Source: Marsupella aquatica (Eukaryota; Plantae; Marchantiophyta). From it: DNA of 64,000 bases. Under the pieces are notes generated by a model. It was not told the origin of the DNA, searched no databases, and saw nothing but the letters and a program-made list of their open reading frames with translations. Location of the stretch: assembly GCA_973895155.1 (NCBI GenBank), contig OZ316892.1, positions 5,674,476 to 5,738,475 of the forward strand. The letters are read 5' to 3'. The position numbers were made by a program, and so were the translations under genes. Shown here piece by piece: positions 52,521 to 64,000 of the stretch (within the stretch, counting starts at the first letter, position 1; each line of letters starts with the position of its first letter).

Positions 52521-55500
52521 ATGTGTGTAGAAAAGGCATCCAGGGGGGATATTGATCCCTCCCGATGGTCTGTTGATCAACGTCCTTTTGTTTGGGCATC
52601 AACTTCTCAACTGACGAATGACAAAGTCCCAGGATCTCCTCTCTGGACCACCTGGACGGATGTTTCCCAGAGCCCAGTAACTTCTCTACCGTACGCACCA
52701 TACGCATCAGGGTAAGCATGATCGCTATTAAGGTTTTGACAGGTTGGTCTGCTTGCAATTAACCCGGTTGTTTTTCTCTCAGCAGACCGTATGAGTGTCC
52801 TTGGTACACTATCGCCATTTTTCTTGTCATGTTCGGTCCGTTCCGAGTGTCACCGTAAACTTTTTAGTGCTAGGCTCTGCTCAAGGACTTGCACATTGAA
52901 ATCTTTTGGGATGTCAGTGTAAAGACTACATTCTCTCCAGTCAGCGAGCTACTGGGATGTCGGCTTGTATACGATGAGCATTCTTCCCAGAGTTTCCTCT
53001 CTCATAGCTCTCATTTAGACTCAATCCTTGGAAGAATTGTTTAAATGATCAGAAAATGACCTTTGTGAGGGGAATATAGCAATGCAGACTTCTGGCCAGT
53101 ACATTTGTGTGTCGATCAATGAGTTTTGCTTCCTTGTATGACTGAAGTCATCGAAGGAGAACGGAGTTCCTGATTGTGTCCATTGCAGTGAAATTCTTTT
53201 CATTGGTGACGCATTGATACGCTCGTTCGCATTTGTGACATATGGTTTCGCAACACATGCTCGACCTCGGAGTCCAGTGCTCCACTCCATTGGCACGCAT
53301 TTCTTATCTTTGGGTTCAAGAATCTGTCGGCCAGCCTTCCTATCTGTCGCCTTTGTAAAACAGGGGGCACTTTTGGGTTTGATTAATCGAGTGATGAAGT
53401 AAAATGCGCTCATTCAAAAGGCCGATAGCCGGGCCTTCAGCGCATGGATACTGTAGACGTCCGTGTTGATTCACTCTGAAACCCCATTGATGGACTCTTT
53501 GAGAATCTCGAGCCACTTCCGATATCATGCTTCTGCTGGTACTCGCTTACTGATGGTCTCGTGCCGCTGGTCACAGAAGTTCTCACGCTGCGCTTAGAGA
53601 TCCCGGGATCGTTTAAGTTGAGCTTGGTGCTATCGGGATTTCACAGCTCAAGAGACTCTGGCCATTAGCGGACTTGGTGTACTCCTGGATTATGTCGATC
53701 AGGTACTCCATCGAGTCCTGTCCATGAGGGACCTGGCTCTCCAATCATGCCAAATGTGTAGATTGGTAGGTTTGAAATCCCTGTAATGTCGATCGTCCTC
53801 TGCAGCATTATTCATGCCTGCCGCATCAGTTTCTGCACCCCGTTGAAGTTTATTTGTTATTCTCGTTTCGGTGTGAACGATCCAACATATCGTCAGTCGT
53901 AGTGGTTCCACTCACTTCAGGACGAGACTGACGGGAACTATTATTCCGCCATCGGTGATAGCAGATTGGCGACGACTGGAGGCGAAGCTGAGTCGGACTT
54001 GAAAACCTCGGAGTGCTCTACTCCTGTGCCGAGAGCAGGGAAAGTACTGCAGTCCAGGGTATGGGAGCCCGAGCTGAGTGGTGGGCAATCCACGGCACCC
54101 ACAATGAGATCCGTCTTCCGTTGTCCACAATCGTTTCCTGCAAGCAGTGTGGGGATCCTGCAGTCCAATATGAGGATAACATTTATGCCTGTTGTTCAAG
54201 AGTTGACCGATGTCCGCCATTCAGTAGATGTGTGGGAAATCTCGACGTCTAAGGAGGGTGGGTCTCAAAGGTCGTCATCTTGGGTCGAGGACCTGATTGA
54301 ACAGGATCGTGTGCAAAATGCCGCTCCATTGAGATCTGCACTCAGTAGCGGCAGCGCATACACGGGAAAAACCTCGAAAATTATTCATCACGCTACGCAT
54401 AGCAGTCGGCCTCCTAATACAAATAAAGCACAACGTGCTACTGCTTCCAAGGATACAGCGTCTGTGATTGAGAGCCTATCAGACAATGATGATCAATCCG
54501 ATGAGGAAGGAGTTCAGGTTGTGACCGAGAAGCGTCGAAAGCGGTATGTTCAGTCACCCAAGTTAAAAAGCAGTTATCTCTTTTGAAGTACAAATTTCTT
54601 TGCAAGCTTGAAATTTGCCACAGAGAGAACATTTACATGATCATGGAACTGACTCGCGCCTTGAATGTCACTTTCAATCCAGAATGCTGTCAAACCGTGC
54701 CTCCGCTCAGCGGTCAAGGCAGCGACGTCAAGAAAGACTGGATACACTAGAAGTCCTGGTGAGCATCTTATCAACTCATGCCTACCATATATAGCTGTTA
54801 TTGAAATTACTGGGCTGAAGCTTCGGGTCCACTTACTGAACAGAAATGGGTATGCTTTTCTACCCATGACCCTGACGTTCATGTTTGATATGTCTAACTA
54901 AATGAAAGAACTGATAAGGGAATCTGACGTCCAATCTGGGGGGCATTCCTCATCAGTGACAAATTGCTTGCTAACAAATACTTCCTTTAGATTACTGTCA
55001 CGTCACAGAGCAGGCTTTCAACAGGCCAAGAAGATTTTAATTATCAGGAGTTGGTGAACGTCTCTGATCTAGTGCTCTGCATCATCTGCAGGTTGCAGAG
55101 CTGCGGGTGGAGAACGCAGCGTTGAGTCGGAGGGCAAACCTGGCTGCCTTGGCGGCCAAGAAGACCGAGAAGGAGAACAAGACATTGCGAGATCGGTTGG
55201 GGAAAAAGGAGCCCCTCCCGTTGTCTGACACTTCGAATGAGAGTGACAAGACCACTGAGAACTCGGACATGGCTGGGAACAACAACAACAATGGAGGAGC
55301 TGCACGGCCGTATGGAGCATCCATCGAACCGACGAGGAATCATGGCTCGTCCTCTGGTGACACCGGAGAAACTAATGGTGACGACAGCTACTCCCGACCG
55401 AGCTCTCCGGCTTCGAAAATCAGACGTGACTACGACAAAGCCGGCAAGGATAATTCGAAAACTTGGAACGACAACATATCCAGTAGCAGCTTCGACTTCG

Positions 55501-55763
55501 AGTTGAACTCTGACCCCATGGAGAGCGATGCAGAAGCCTTTTGCGGCGGCCGGGGCCGCCGCGAAGGACCTATGAACAAAGAAGCCGAAGTTCCTGAGGT
55601 TGTAAATGCAAAGGATTTGTACCAGTCTGCAATGATGAACTTGTCGCGGACGTCTTCATTTCGAAACCTCGACTCCTTTGGTATAGAGATGGACAAGAAG
55701 AACTTGGACTCTAGATCCGTCGAGGATATCTGGCTGGAGAGCTTGGCTAACTGCTTGACATAG
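52521..55763 (+). CDS. bZIP transcription factor; firm exons 53921-54543, 54683-54758, 55092-55763; upstream exons (~52521-52711, 53647-53702) tentative
   Basis: Spliced: EKRRKR|MLSNRASAQRSRQRRQERLDTLEVL|VAELRVENAALSRRANLAALAAKKTEKENKTLRDRL, with invariant N-x7-R, heptad leucines and a 76-nt middle exon. Confidence 0.88.
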
Positions 55764-57194
55764 GTACTGTAGCTGCAGCGGAAATTGAATGATTCTCCCA
55801 CCTATTGTAATACAGCAACCCACGGTATGAATCACTATAGATATCACACAGTATTACGCGCACCACGCAGGAGCTCTTCTGATCGATCGTCGACGAGGAC
55901 TTTTACCTGCGCGCAGCCAAGACGATTGCGAGCTGTGATCGAAAGCTAGCATCCAAACTTTTGAGCCAAGTTAATGGTTACGTAGGCTCCAATGGAGCCT
56001 TGACCTTGATACTCCGTGTTCGTTTACAAGCTTCTTTGATGTGATCCCGCATCGTGCGTACATGTACTACTTGGTTTATCGAGCTCTTTTTCTGTGATCG
56101 ATATTATTCGTTGTTTGGCCTCAGATGAACGAATCGGTGGTATGAGCGTAGGGTCAGCATCTGGTGCCCCATACGAGTATTCTACATTCTTAAAAATTTT
56201 GGAGCAACACGGAAACAATCGTCGACGCTCTTGCGGTTAACTACTTAAATTTTGCTTCTCATCTCTTAGTGGCTCAAATGTAGGAACGATCACACGTGGG
56301 GCATCTGGACACACGCAGACAACTGAGGTTCAATAAGTTTACTATGCACGTACAATTCGTGAAATTTGTCCGCGAACGTTCCAACTCCATGATTATTTTA
56401 CTTTCATCACTTATTAATTTTTCCCTCCACATCTTTTGTTCAGCTTCTTGTCAATAAAGATTTCTGAGTAATAATGCCGCTTGTTCAGCTCTGTCAGTGA
56501 AGATTTTTTACTAATGATTCCGCTGTAATTGTGGATCTCTTGAGTCCACGGTTTGTATATGTTATTCGTTTGATATACTCTCCGGTAGGCCTCGAGAAGC
56601 CCTGACATCTACAGTACACGTCTTCGGTTGCATTCATCTTTTCAATCGTTTCCTCTCAGGTGCCTTCTAGAACGGACTTCAATCACTATATCCACCGCGA
56701 AAACCTTCTGTCTCCAAATTCCTTACCTCGTTACTATCACAATTGGTCTGGATTTCCAGACTCTCTTGATGCTATCAAATTGGTATCAAACTTTGTCAAT
56801 CCGATTTTGATTCTAACTTATGGGGATTCAAACCCTTGATGTTGAGGGTAGGTAATCTACCAACTTTGAACCTCGACAGGTAACCTGTAGACTTTATTTC
56901 ACAAGTGAAGTGACGGAATGGAGCAACGGGACAGGAAACTGGGTCTATCTATGTGCTAAGTCAAAATCTGCCGAAACGAGTTCCTCGAGCCGAGCACCCA
57001 CTGGCTCATCAGGAAAGTGCCCTACTTTTTGTCAGTACGACTCGATCATTTTGAGAGTGGACAGGGGACAACTGAATCCGGACGAGCTTCACAACAACTT
57101 CAGTTCGCATACTGCATTTTTTTCTTCCCCCCTTAAAAGCCAAAAGCACACCCATCAAACAGAGCATGCAATTCTATGTAGGGTAATACAAGAG

Positions 57195-57445
57195 AAATAC
57201 CCACTGATCCTGTAGGGCAGTACAAGGGAATAATACCCACTGATCCTATAGGGACCCAAGCCATGAGGGAGAGAGGGTTGAACTAGGGCCCCAAAGAGGA
57301 CCAACCAGGGGCTGAGGATAAACCAGGACTCACATCTCTACACACCACACACACATACCCTCCACATCTCTTGGAGGGGGGATTAAACCTAGGACCTCTC
57401 TGTTCTAGGCTCATCCCTTGGCCAACTGACCGAAGCCAGTTTGCA
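57195..57445 (-). mobile_element. tRNA-derived SINE
   Basis: On minus: A box TCGGTCAGTTGG, B box GGTTTAATCCC, then a TG-rich body and duplicated AATACCCACTGATCCT at the tail. Confidence 0.55.
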
Positions 57446-57829
57446 TTCTACATAACACAATCATCGTAGGTGCCAAACATGGTAGAAACCAAGTCGTCTT
57501 TGTTCTCCATCCTCTAGTTGATAATTCCAGTTCTCCGTCCAATTCATGTCCCCAAACTAGTCAAAATGTGCTGCCAAAATTAATTATCAGGTTGCCCCCT
57601 TTTGTGTTTGGACTGGGTAAACTAGACTACCCTAACTCAAAATGACACTTGGATTAGTGCGGCTACATGTGGAGACTCATAATTTGTCCAAGCTAACCCA
57701 GCCCAACAATAAAGTGGAGGAAATGAATACCCAAATATGGTAGTTTTTGCTTGCAGTAAGTAGTCTGCCCAAGCATTGGGGTGAGTGTTGGATGGGGAAC
57801 CTAGTACCTGAGATCATGCGGGATTGATT

Positions 57830-57983
57830 CACAAACATATGGAGGGTCATGATTTGCCGGTGGCAACCCCCTCCAATGGTACTTTCAACCTGGACCAGGT
57901 TCCCCCACAAACATATGGAGGGTCATGATTCGCCGGTGGCAACCCCGTCCAATGGTACTTTCAGCCTGGACCAGGTTCCCCCA
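57830..57983. repeat. 76-bp tandem duplication
   Basis: CACAAACATATGGAGGGTCATG...GGACCAGGTTCCCC occurs twice with few mismatches. Confidence 0.92.
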
Positions 57984-59058
57984 TCCAACACTGGCACCCA
58001 AAGGCTTGGATCCACTACTGTCTACCAGCAGCTTGATAATGATTATAAGTTAATTTTTGGGCCAGGCTAGTAATTAGATCAGTTTTGGGGGTTAGGATAG
58101 TAATACATAGATTTTCTCTGAATGCAGGGCTTTTGAGCGACCTTATTCCCTAGGTCTTTTCAATTTTAATACACCAAAGCCACATACTCAAACTTACTCA
58201 AAACTACATCACAAATGTTGAGACCCTGATTGCTCTCCCTCTTGGCGGGGTTTCTTGTTGGATTGGTGGGTATCCCCATCAGGGTTGAAACTAGATCAGT
58301 TATCATGATAGGAACTCAGCACCTAGTTGAAAGAGAAAGATTCCTTGCTGACTGATACCCGATAACTCGGCAAACTAATTTGTGAAAGATGCCGTATATA
58401 TATAGCATTGCATGCTTCAAATATAATAATTGTCGATTGATAAAATAAAAAAGGGTGGATGTCTTTCCCTTAAAGGCAAAGAATGTAAAATAAAATATTG
58501 AGTAACATTGCATTGCAGCAGTGCATGTAGCACTACAGTAGGGCGTCTCAAAGCTGGCCCGTAACCAAAAGTTATGGGCCAGCCAAGCAGCCCATAACGA
58601 CACTTGCGGGCATCACTTATGGACCGGATAATTAGCCGGTCCCTTGGTTTGACCCGCCCCTTAAGGAGCTACTTACGATGCCTTACCCGCTCAAAGTAGG
58701 AGTTAAGTATCCCTCCCCTCTCGGACAGTACTTGGCCGTAAGGCGCTGAAATGTGCCACGACAGTCCTGAACCCAGGTGCTCCTCATAAGTGTCCCGTCG
58801 TTTCCCAGCGAAGCTATCGCCATAGTTTCTGTTGTTCAAATTTCAAATGCACCTCTTCCCCACCAAAGCGATTATCCAGAGCTTCATTTAGCTTCAACGT
58901 CGGGCTCCATGGCGATGGTCAATGTAGCTCTGTCTCCAGAACATATAGGTGAGACTCATCCAGATATCAGAGAAATTGCTATTTGATTGTACGTGCAGAC
59001 CGCTAGAGAAGGTGTAGAGAAATCGACAGAAGCTGCTCCTCCCAATTCGTGTACAACC

Positions 59059-60476
59059 ATGGCACAATCAGGCAGCCAAGGTCATGTGAGAGCAAGGAGT
59101 TCATTCCAACCTCCACGGGCTAACTCCAGCAATGCCCCCTGTATAGGTGATAAATTCAGGCTGAAGGATCATGACTACGAATGCATCGTTTCATACTTGG
59201 AAATTCCAGAGAATTTCCAAGCAATTACAGGTGGAGGAAGGAAGACTCGAGTGGGTGGAAAGTATCAAAGCGAGACAACACTCTTCAAATCCATGCTTGC
59301 TGCAATGCAACATCATGGCTTTCCTAAGGAGATCACTGCACCAAATTTGACAAAGAGATTCCAGAGGTATGTGAAGCGGTACAAAGAGGCAAGAGAGGTG
59401 AAAATGCAATCAGGTGGAGGGCTGAATGAAGACGAGTTGGAAGCAGGGATTACATTGGAGAGCAAACTAAACCTATTGTGCCCACACTTTGAAAGAATGC
59501 ATGCAATCTTTGGGGAGCGACCGAATGTGGCACCACCAGTGGAAGGGGACTGTGGAGTTGAGGATTCCGACCTTGTCTTTCCTGACACCAATGTTGAATC
59601 AGATTATGAGTCAGCATTTGGTAATGAGAATGATAATCCCAATGTTTATCATGTCCCTTCCAACACTACCATCGTTCTTCAAGGTACTGGGCATTTACCT
59701 TATTGATTGTTGTACTTCAATTTCTTCAATTACAGAACAACAGAATGTTCATTTGCTCACATTTGTCATTTTTCTCTGTTGTAGACACACCAGTGCCAAC
59801 ACCTGGGCAATCAATCCATAATGCTCCTCAGGTGAGGCCAACACCAGAGACTCTTGCAAATGTAAACTATGGCAATTCTTTCTGGACCGAATTAGAGCAG
59901 ATGGCATAAATTGGTAAGCATGTACATAACTGCACATGTGCAACATGTACATAGTCTTGCCCAGTTGAAGTTGGTGAAAATCGACCAATGCAGGGTCCAC
60001 CATGTACTCCAACTGAGTTCAACACCCCAGCCAAGTCTGTTTCAGAGGCCATGCCTCCTCCAACAGGGAAGAAGCCTGCAAAAACACCACCGGCTGGACA
60101 GAAGGATTTGCACAACACTTCCAAGACAAACTTTGCTGCCATATATGCAGACAGGAACAACATGAAGGCAGACTACCGAAAGGAATTAATTCAAAGTCGA
60201 GATCGATGGAAGACCCAAGAGCTAGCAGATCGGAGGGAGGCCAGGGTGGACGCTGCATTGCAGGCTGCAGCACAGAAGAAACTTGATCGTAAGCACCAGT
60301 TTGCTATTGAAGCAAAAGCTGCCGAAAATGCACGAAAGAGACTTCGATCAGACCAAGAGCATGCACAGGAGATGGCACGGCAAGCACAAAGAGCTGCTCT
60401 TTTGACTACTCTACTCGGTAGTAACAAGACTCTTGCCGAAATAAAGGAGTTACTGCCCCTGGTGAAAGAGGACTAG
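59059..60476 (+). pseudogene. Harbinger Myb/SANT-like DNA-binding protein; exons 59059-59683, 59785-59913, 59965-60476; in-frame TAA at 59907-59909
   Basis: IVSYLEIPENF...NLTKRFQRYVKRYKEA...QSGGGL...LESKLNLLCPHFERMHAIFGERPNV and a charged coiled-coil C-terminus. Phase-1 introns fit but include one stop. Confidence 0.7.
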
Positions 60477-60969
60477 TTTTGGTTCCAAGCAATTTAGACT
60501 TCCATTCATGTTGCATGTGTAGTAGGTGCCAAACTGTACAAGTATGAGTGTAAAAGACCAAAATCCATATTATTAATAAAGGTGGTACATGTTGTTATAC
60601 ATTCGTGGTCAAATGTCGCCCTCAGTTTTCACTGTCAAATGCCTTGTAAACTATGGAATCTCATAATCGCGACATTGCGACATCGCGACATCGTAGATAC
60701 TTGAAATCTTGGAATGATGATATCATGACATCGCAACATGATTCATCTGCGACATTTGTACTGACAAAAAGTGAATTGAGAAACCTCTCCTCAAATGGCA
60801 ACTATGCGGATCACTTATTCTTTTGCACTATGGGATTAGGCTGAGGTGGTGGTTCTCTCGTAATGGAATTACGAGACACAACTTCCAAAATTGCTTCCCT
60901 CACATCAGTATGATGTGTTGAAAAAGGGAGAGACTTCAACTGTACTCCATAACTAATCAGTGGCAAATG

Positions 60970-63123
60970 TCAACGTACGAACATGTACTGAACCCGAGTG
61001 GCCTCCATAGCAGCTCCTATGGCATCCCAATTTGTGAAACTAGTATAGTAAACTTTCGGAAATCTCTTCAAGTATGCATCTGTATCAACCAAGTCCAGCT
61101 CCATGCCATGAAACATTGCCATAGTTCTAGTGAAAAAATTGATGTAACTTCTTATCTGTGTCGTGGAGATGTCATCCCACTTCTGCTGACACACATGCCG
61201 AGGGGTGAAGGGCACAATGGTGTTCACAAGATCCCTTGGGAGATGCCCAACCGGATTTGTCCTATTCGTCTGATTCAAGAAGTTCATCATGAACCTCAAA
61301 GAATATGCAGGCAAGTTCCCAAAGAAAGAGCAAAGGAGCTCACTGTCCTCCACTTGTAGGTCCCCGTACAAGACCATCACTGTTAGTGTGGGTCGGAAAT
61401 GTTCACCTTCTTGCCAGAACTCATCAAATTGAGCTAACTCAATCTGAAAAGGTGCCAGTACTGGGAGGTTGAATATGAATTGACATTCACCTTTCTTCAA
61501 CTTGTAAAACCTCCAGAACTCATTGATTGGGCCATTCATAGTCGACACCAGCGCACATAAATTTGCAAATCTCTTCAGTTGTTGTACTGGAGTCACCGAT
61601 TCCACTCGAATGGTTGGTGTGAAGGTTGTTTGTGTAGCTTCATCCACCATTTCCCTAAACTGCTTCCTTTGCATTGGGGGCTTAGCTGGAATTGAACTGA
61701 AAACAAATTTTAACAGAGCCACAGTATTGGGTTCTTGCCCAATGGGGACCTTTGTAACAGGGAGCTGCACAATTGGCTCCAACACAGGCTCCATCACATC
61801 CGTTTCAGTTGCTACAAGCAATGTGGGAGGACTATTTCCAACAGGTAAATAGTCAGACATAGGACTGAATCCCTCACTCAAATCCTCAGCTCCTTCCCTA
61901 TAAGCATCGCATAATGATGGTCCTGGGCTGTGCAATGGAGTTCGAGCTTTTGAAGGAGGAAGTAAATCAAACAGCATATCCAAAATTTTCTCCCGTGGAC
62001 AACTAAGAATGTACATGGCCTGCTGCACAATGTCGGTATTAATCCTAGCCTCACATGCCTCATTGGCACTCGTTGGAGTCCCTCCCAGGCCACGTGGAGA
62101 GGCATCTGGTATCTGCAAATCTCGGCCTTCGAAGTCATCAGTGTCTGCCTCTGCATCGCAGTGGCCTCCAATGCTCATATTGTCATTGTCCACGTTCTAT
62201 TCAATGTCCATTGGTTGCAGACCATCATCAGCCTCCACTTCAAGTCCAGCTAAATCGCTATCGGATTCTGCATGACTGTCGGGTTCTGCATCGCTCTCGT
62301 GTTCTGCATTGCTCTTGGGTTCTGCATCGCTCTCGGGTTCTGCATCGCTCTCGGGTTCTGCATCACTCAGGAGTTTTGCATTGCTCTTGGGTTCTGCATC
62401 GCTCTCGGGTTCTGAATCGCTGTCAGATTGTGATTGCCAATCGTCTGGCACCTGAATCCCGATGTGCGCTATTAACTGCTTCCTCACCCGTTTCTCAGAA
62501 TCCAATAAGCAGTTCCCGTACCAATACAATTGCGCTAGGTAGTTTTGCAAGTATGTTGGTTTCCCCAAGGCCAGATGCTTCAGCTGATCAAAAATTACAT
62601 TCCTCAGCAATAGAGCCCAATTTATGGTGCTTATCCCCTTCCAAGCTGCTATTATAGTATTTGCCAGGTTGACAGGTGCCACAGACGACTTCCTTGGATG
62701 GAAAATTGGGACTAGAAATTGCATCAGAAGGCAGCAGTCATGGTCGATGCACTGGCTGACCTTCCAACCACAACTCGTTTTCCTTCCCCCACCAAAATAC
62801 GAGTCAGACAAGGTATTGTGTTTAGAGTAAAGGCCTTCACCTTCCCAAGGGCATTGAAAAGCATCAGCTACAAAGTGGAGACTCCATTCCTGTGGTTTGC
62901 CTCTAACACCGTCGGTCGCATGGGACCTCCTCGGCCTTGGAACTAACATTTCGTCAACGTAAGAGATAGATAGCACGCCCCAAGGAATGAACATCAATGT
63001 CGTCAGTTTCATTTTCCCCAACATTCCATGCAACTTCTTCACATCCTGTAGCGACGTTGGGAGCTCCGCCAAAACCTTTTTAGGTACTGCAACGACGTCC
63101 GGCTCCTCATGCACAGTCACCAT
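60970..63123 (-). pseudogene. Third (cargo) gene of the Harbinger element; one frame of ~717 codons with a single TAG at 62199-62197
   Basis: The 308-aa and 407-aa ORFs share a frame (…GAC ATT GAA TAG AAC GTG GAC…). N-domain RGKPQEW...GEGL...GWKVSQC...FLVPIFHP...LANTIIAAW...INWALL...YLAQLY. Confidence 0.7.
62265..62425 (-). repeat. 18-bp coding tandem repeat (ESDAEP)n, about 8 units
   Basis: CTGCATCGCTCTCGGGTT repeats on plus. Confidence 0.9.
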
Positions 63124-63586
63124 CGCGGCTTCAAAAAAAGTCAGTTCTCAATGTTGGGCAGCTGCGCATTGCGGTATGAAGGCATTTCAATACCACATTT
63201 GGCTGTGCGGAGGTTTAAGCAAAACGCGCCCAAAGTTCAAAGCAAGGTTTAGGGTATTGGGTACGTATGCGCGTTGGTGGGAAATATACCTTCTGAAATA
63301 AACACTTGTTGTACAATACTGTTAATTGAGTTGGTATACCGCCACTCAATATTGAAAATGAGCCTCTCTGTATCACTGCATAGGCCAATATGAAAATGCA
63401 AATGTACGTGCCTAATAACAATGAAATAAAATGCGAGACAGTGGGGAAGGTGAAAAACAAATACCGGAATGGGTATTAGAAGAAACATTTCATAGAATTA
63501 TCTTTGGTTCCTCCCACATCCATAATTATTTAGTAGGATGCTGCCACAATAAATTTAAATACACTAGTTTTAGTGTTCTCAGCGAA

Positions 63587-64000
63587 TTAACGCATTGTAT
63601 CTAATACTCGATGGAGGCATCCTCCTGGCTGTCTATGGAAATGTAATGCATGCGTCATGACAGTTGATTGCAATCCGAGTCTACGTCGTGCTGCAGCTGC
63701 ACTACTGCGATTGTTTCGGTAATGAAGCAAGTTCGGTGCATCATTATCAAAATCATTTTGTTCCTCCACTTCTAACTCCCCATCTTCATCTATCCACAAA
63801 TCATTTCTGCTAATAACAAAATTGTGTAATTTTGTACACATTAGTATCCAATGTACGAGCCACACACAATCTTTGTTCTCCTTCAGTTGAATCCGCATTT
63901 CCTTCAACGAATGCCAACGTGACTTCAGTACCCCAATGCAATGCTCATTTGTTACCCTGGCAGTTGCAACACACATGTTGAATTCCTCCTTCTCCTGGCT
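63587..64000 (-). CDS. PIF/Harbinger DDE transposase (DDE_Tnp_4 / HARBI1-like), C-terminal part
   Basis: EEFNMCVATARVTNEHCIGVLKSRWHSL...ILMCTKLHNF matches the FN-x-R-x2-E-x3-G-x-LK-x-RW...C-x2-LHN signature. Confidence 0.9.
   Translation of the reverse strand, partial: SQEKEEFNMCVATARVTNEHCIGVLKSRWHSLKEMRIQLKENKDCVWLVHWILMCTKLHNFVISRNDLWIDEDGELEVEEQNDFDNDAPNLLHYRNNRSSAAAARRRLGLQSTVMTHALHFHRQPGGCLHRVLDTMR

Larger units (their letters stand above)
58541..64000. mobile_element. PIF/Harbinger DNA transposon with three genes (continues beyond the window)
   Basis: Candidate terminus TA|GGGCGTCTCAAA resembling the MITE TIR GAGCATCTCCA, subterminal hairpins, a Myb/SANT-like gene and a DDE transposase end. 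The second TIR is not in the window. Confidence 0.75.

Noticed and set aside
58909-58948. Upstream coding exon for the Myb gene
   Set aside because: Its phase-1 donor does not match the 58999 acceptor and gives an immediate stop; ATG 59059 is preferred.

Overview
Eukaryotic, intron-rich land-plant genomic DNA; the gene set and transposon content look bryophyte-like, possibly liverwort (inference). Host genes: RPL28 (-, 3 coding exons), a 12-exon Gfo/Idh/MocA oxidoreductase (+, with an 18-nt microexon), an intronless EMC7 (-), a membrane-anchored SAM methyltransferase (+), an FAD-dependent monooxygenase (-) and a spliced bZIP factor (+) that the ORF track hides. Intergenic DNA is transposon-rich: four copies or fragments of an RLE-type (CRE-like) non-LTR retrotransposon with an unusual LSDD RT motif, solo LTRs, tRNA-derived SINEs, a Tourist-like MITE and tandem repeats. 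The best candidate novelty is at the right end (58541 to the window edge): a PIF/Harbinger DNA transposon with a third gene of about 717 codons between its Myb/SANT-like gene and its DDE transposase. That gene resembles the accessory ORF of bryophyte retrotransposons, has an acidic (ESDAEP)n linker and an unknown C-terminal domain, and lies next to a cluster of GCGACAT motifs. All exon models were read by eye and no database search was run.
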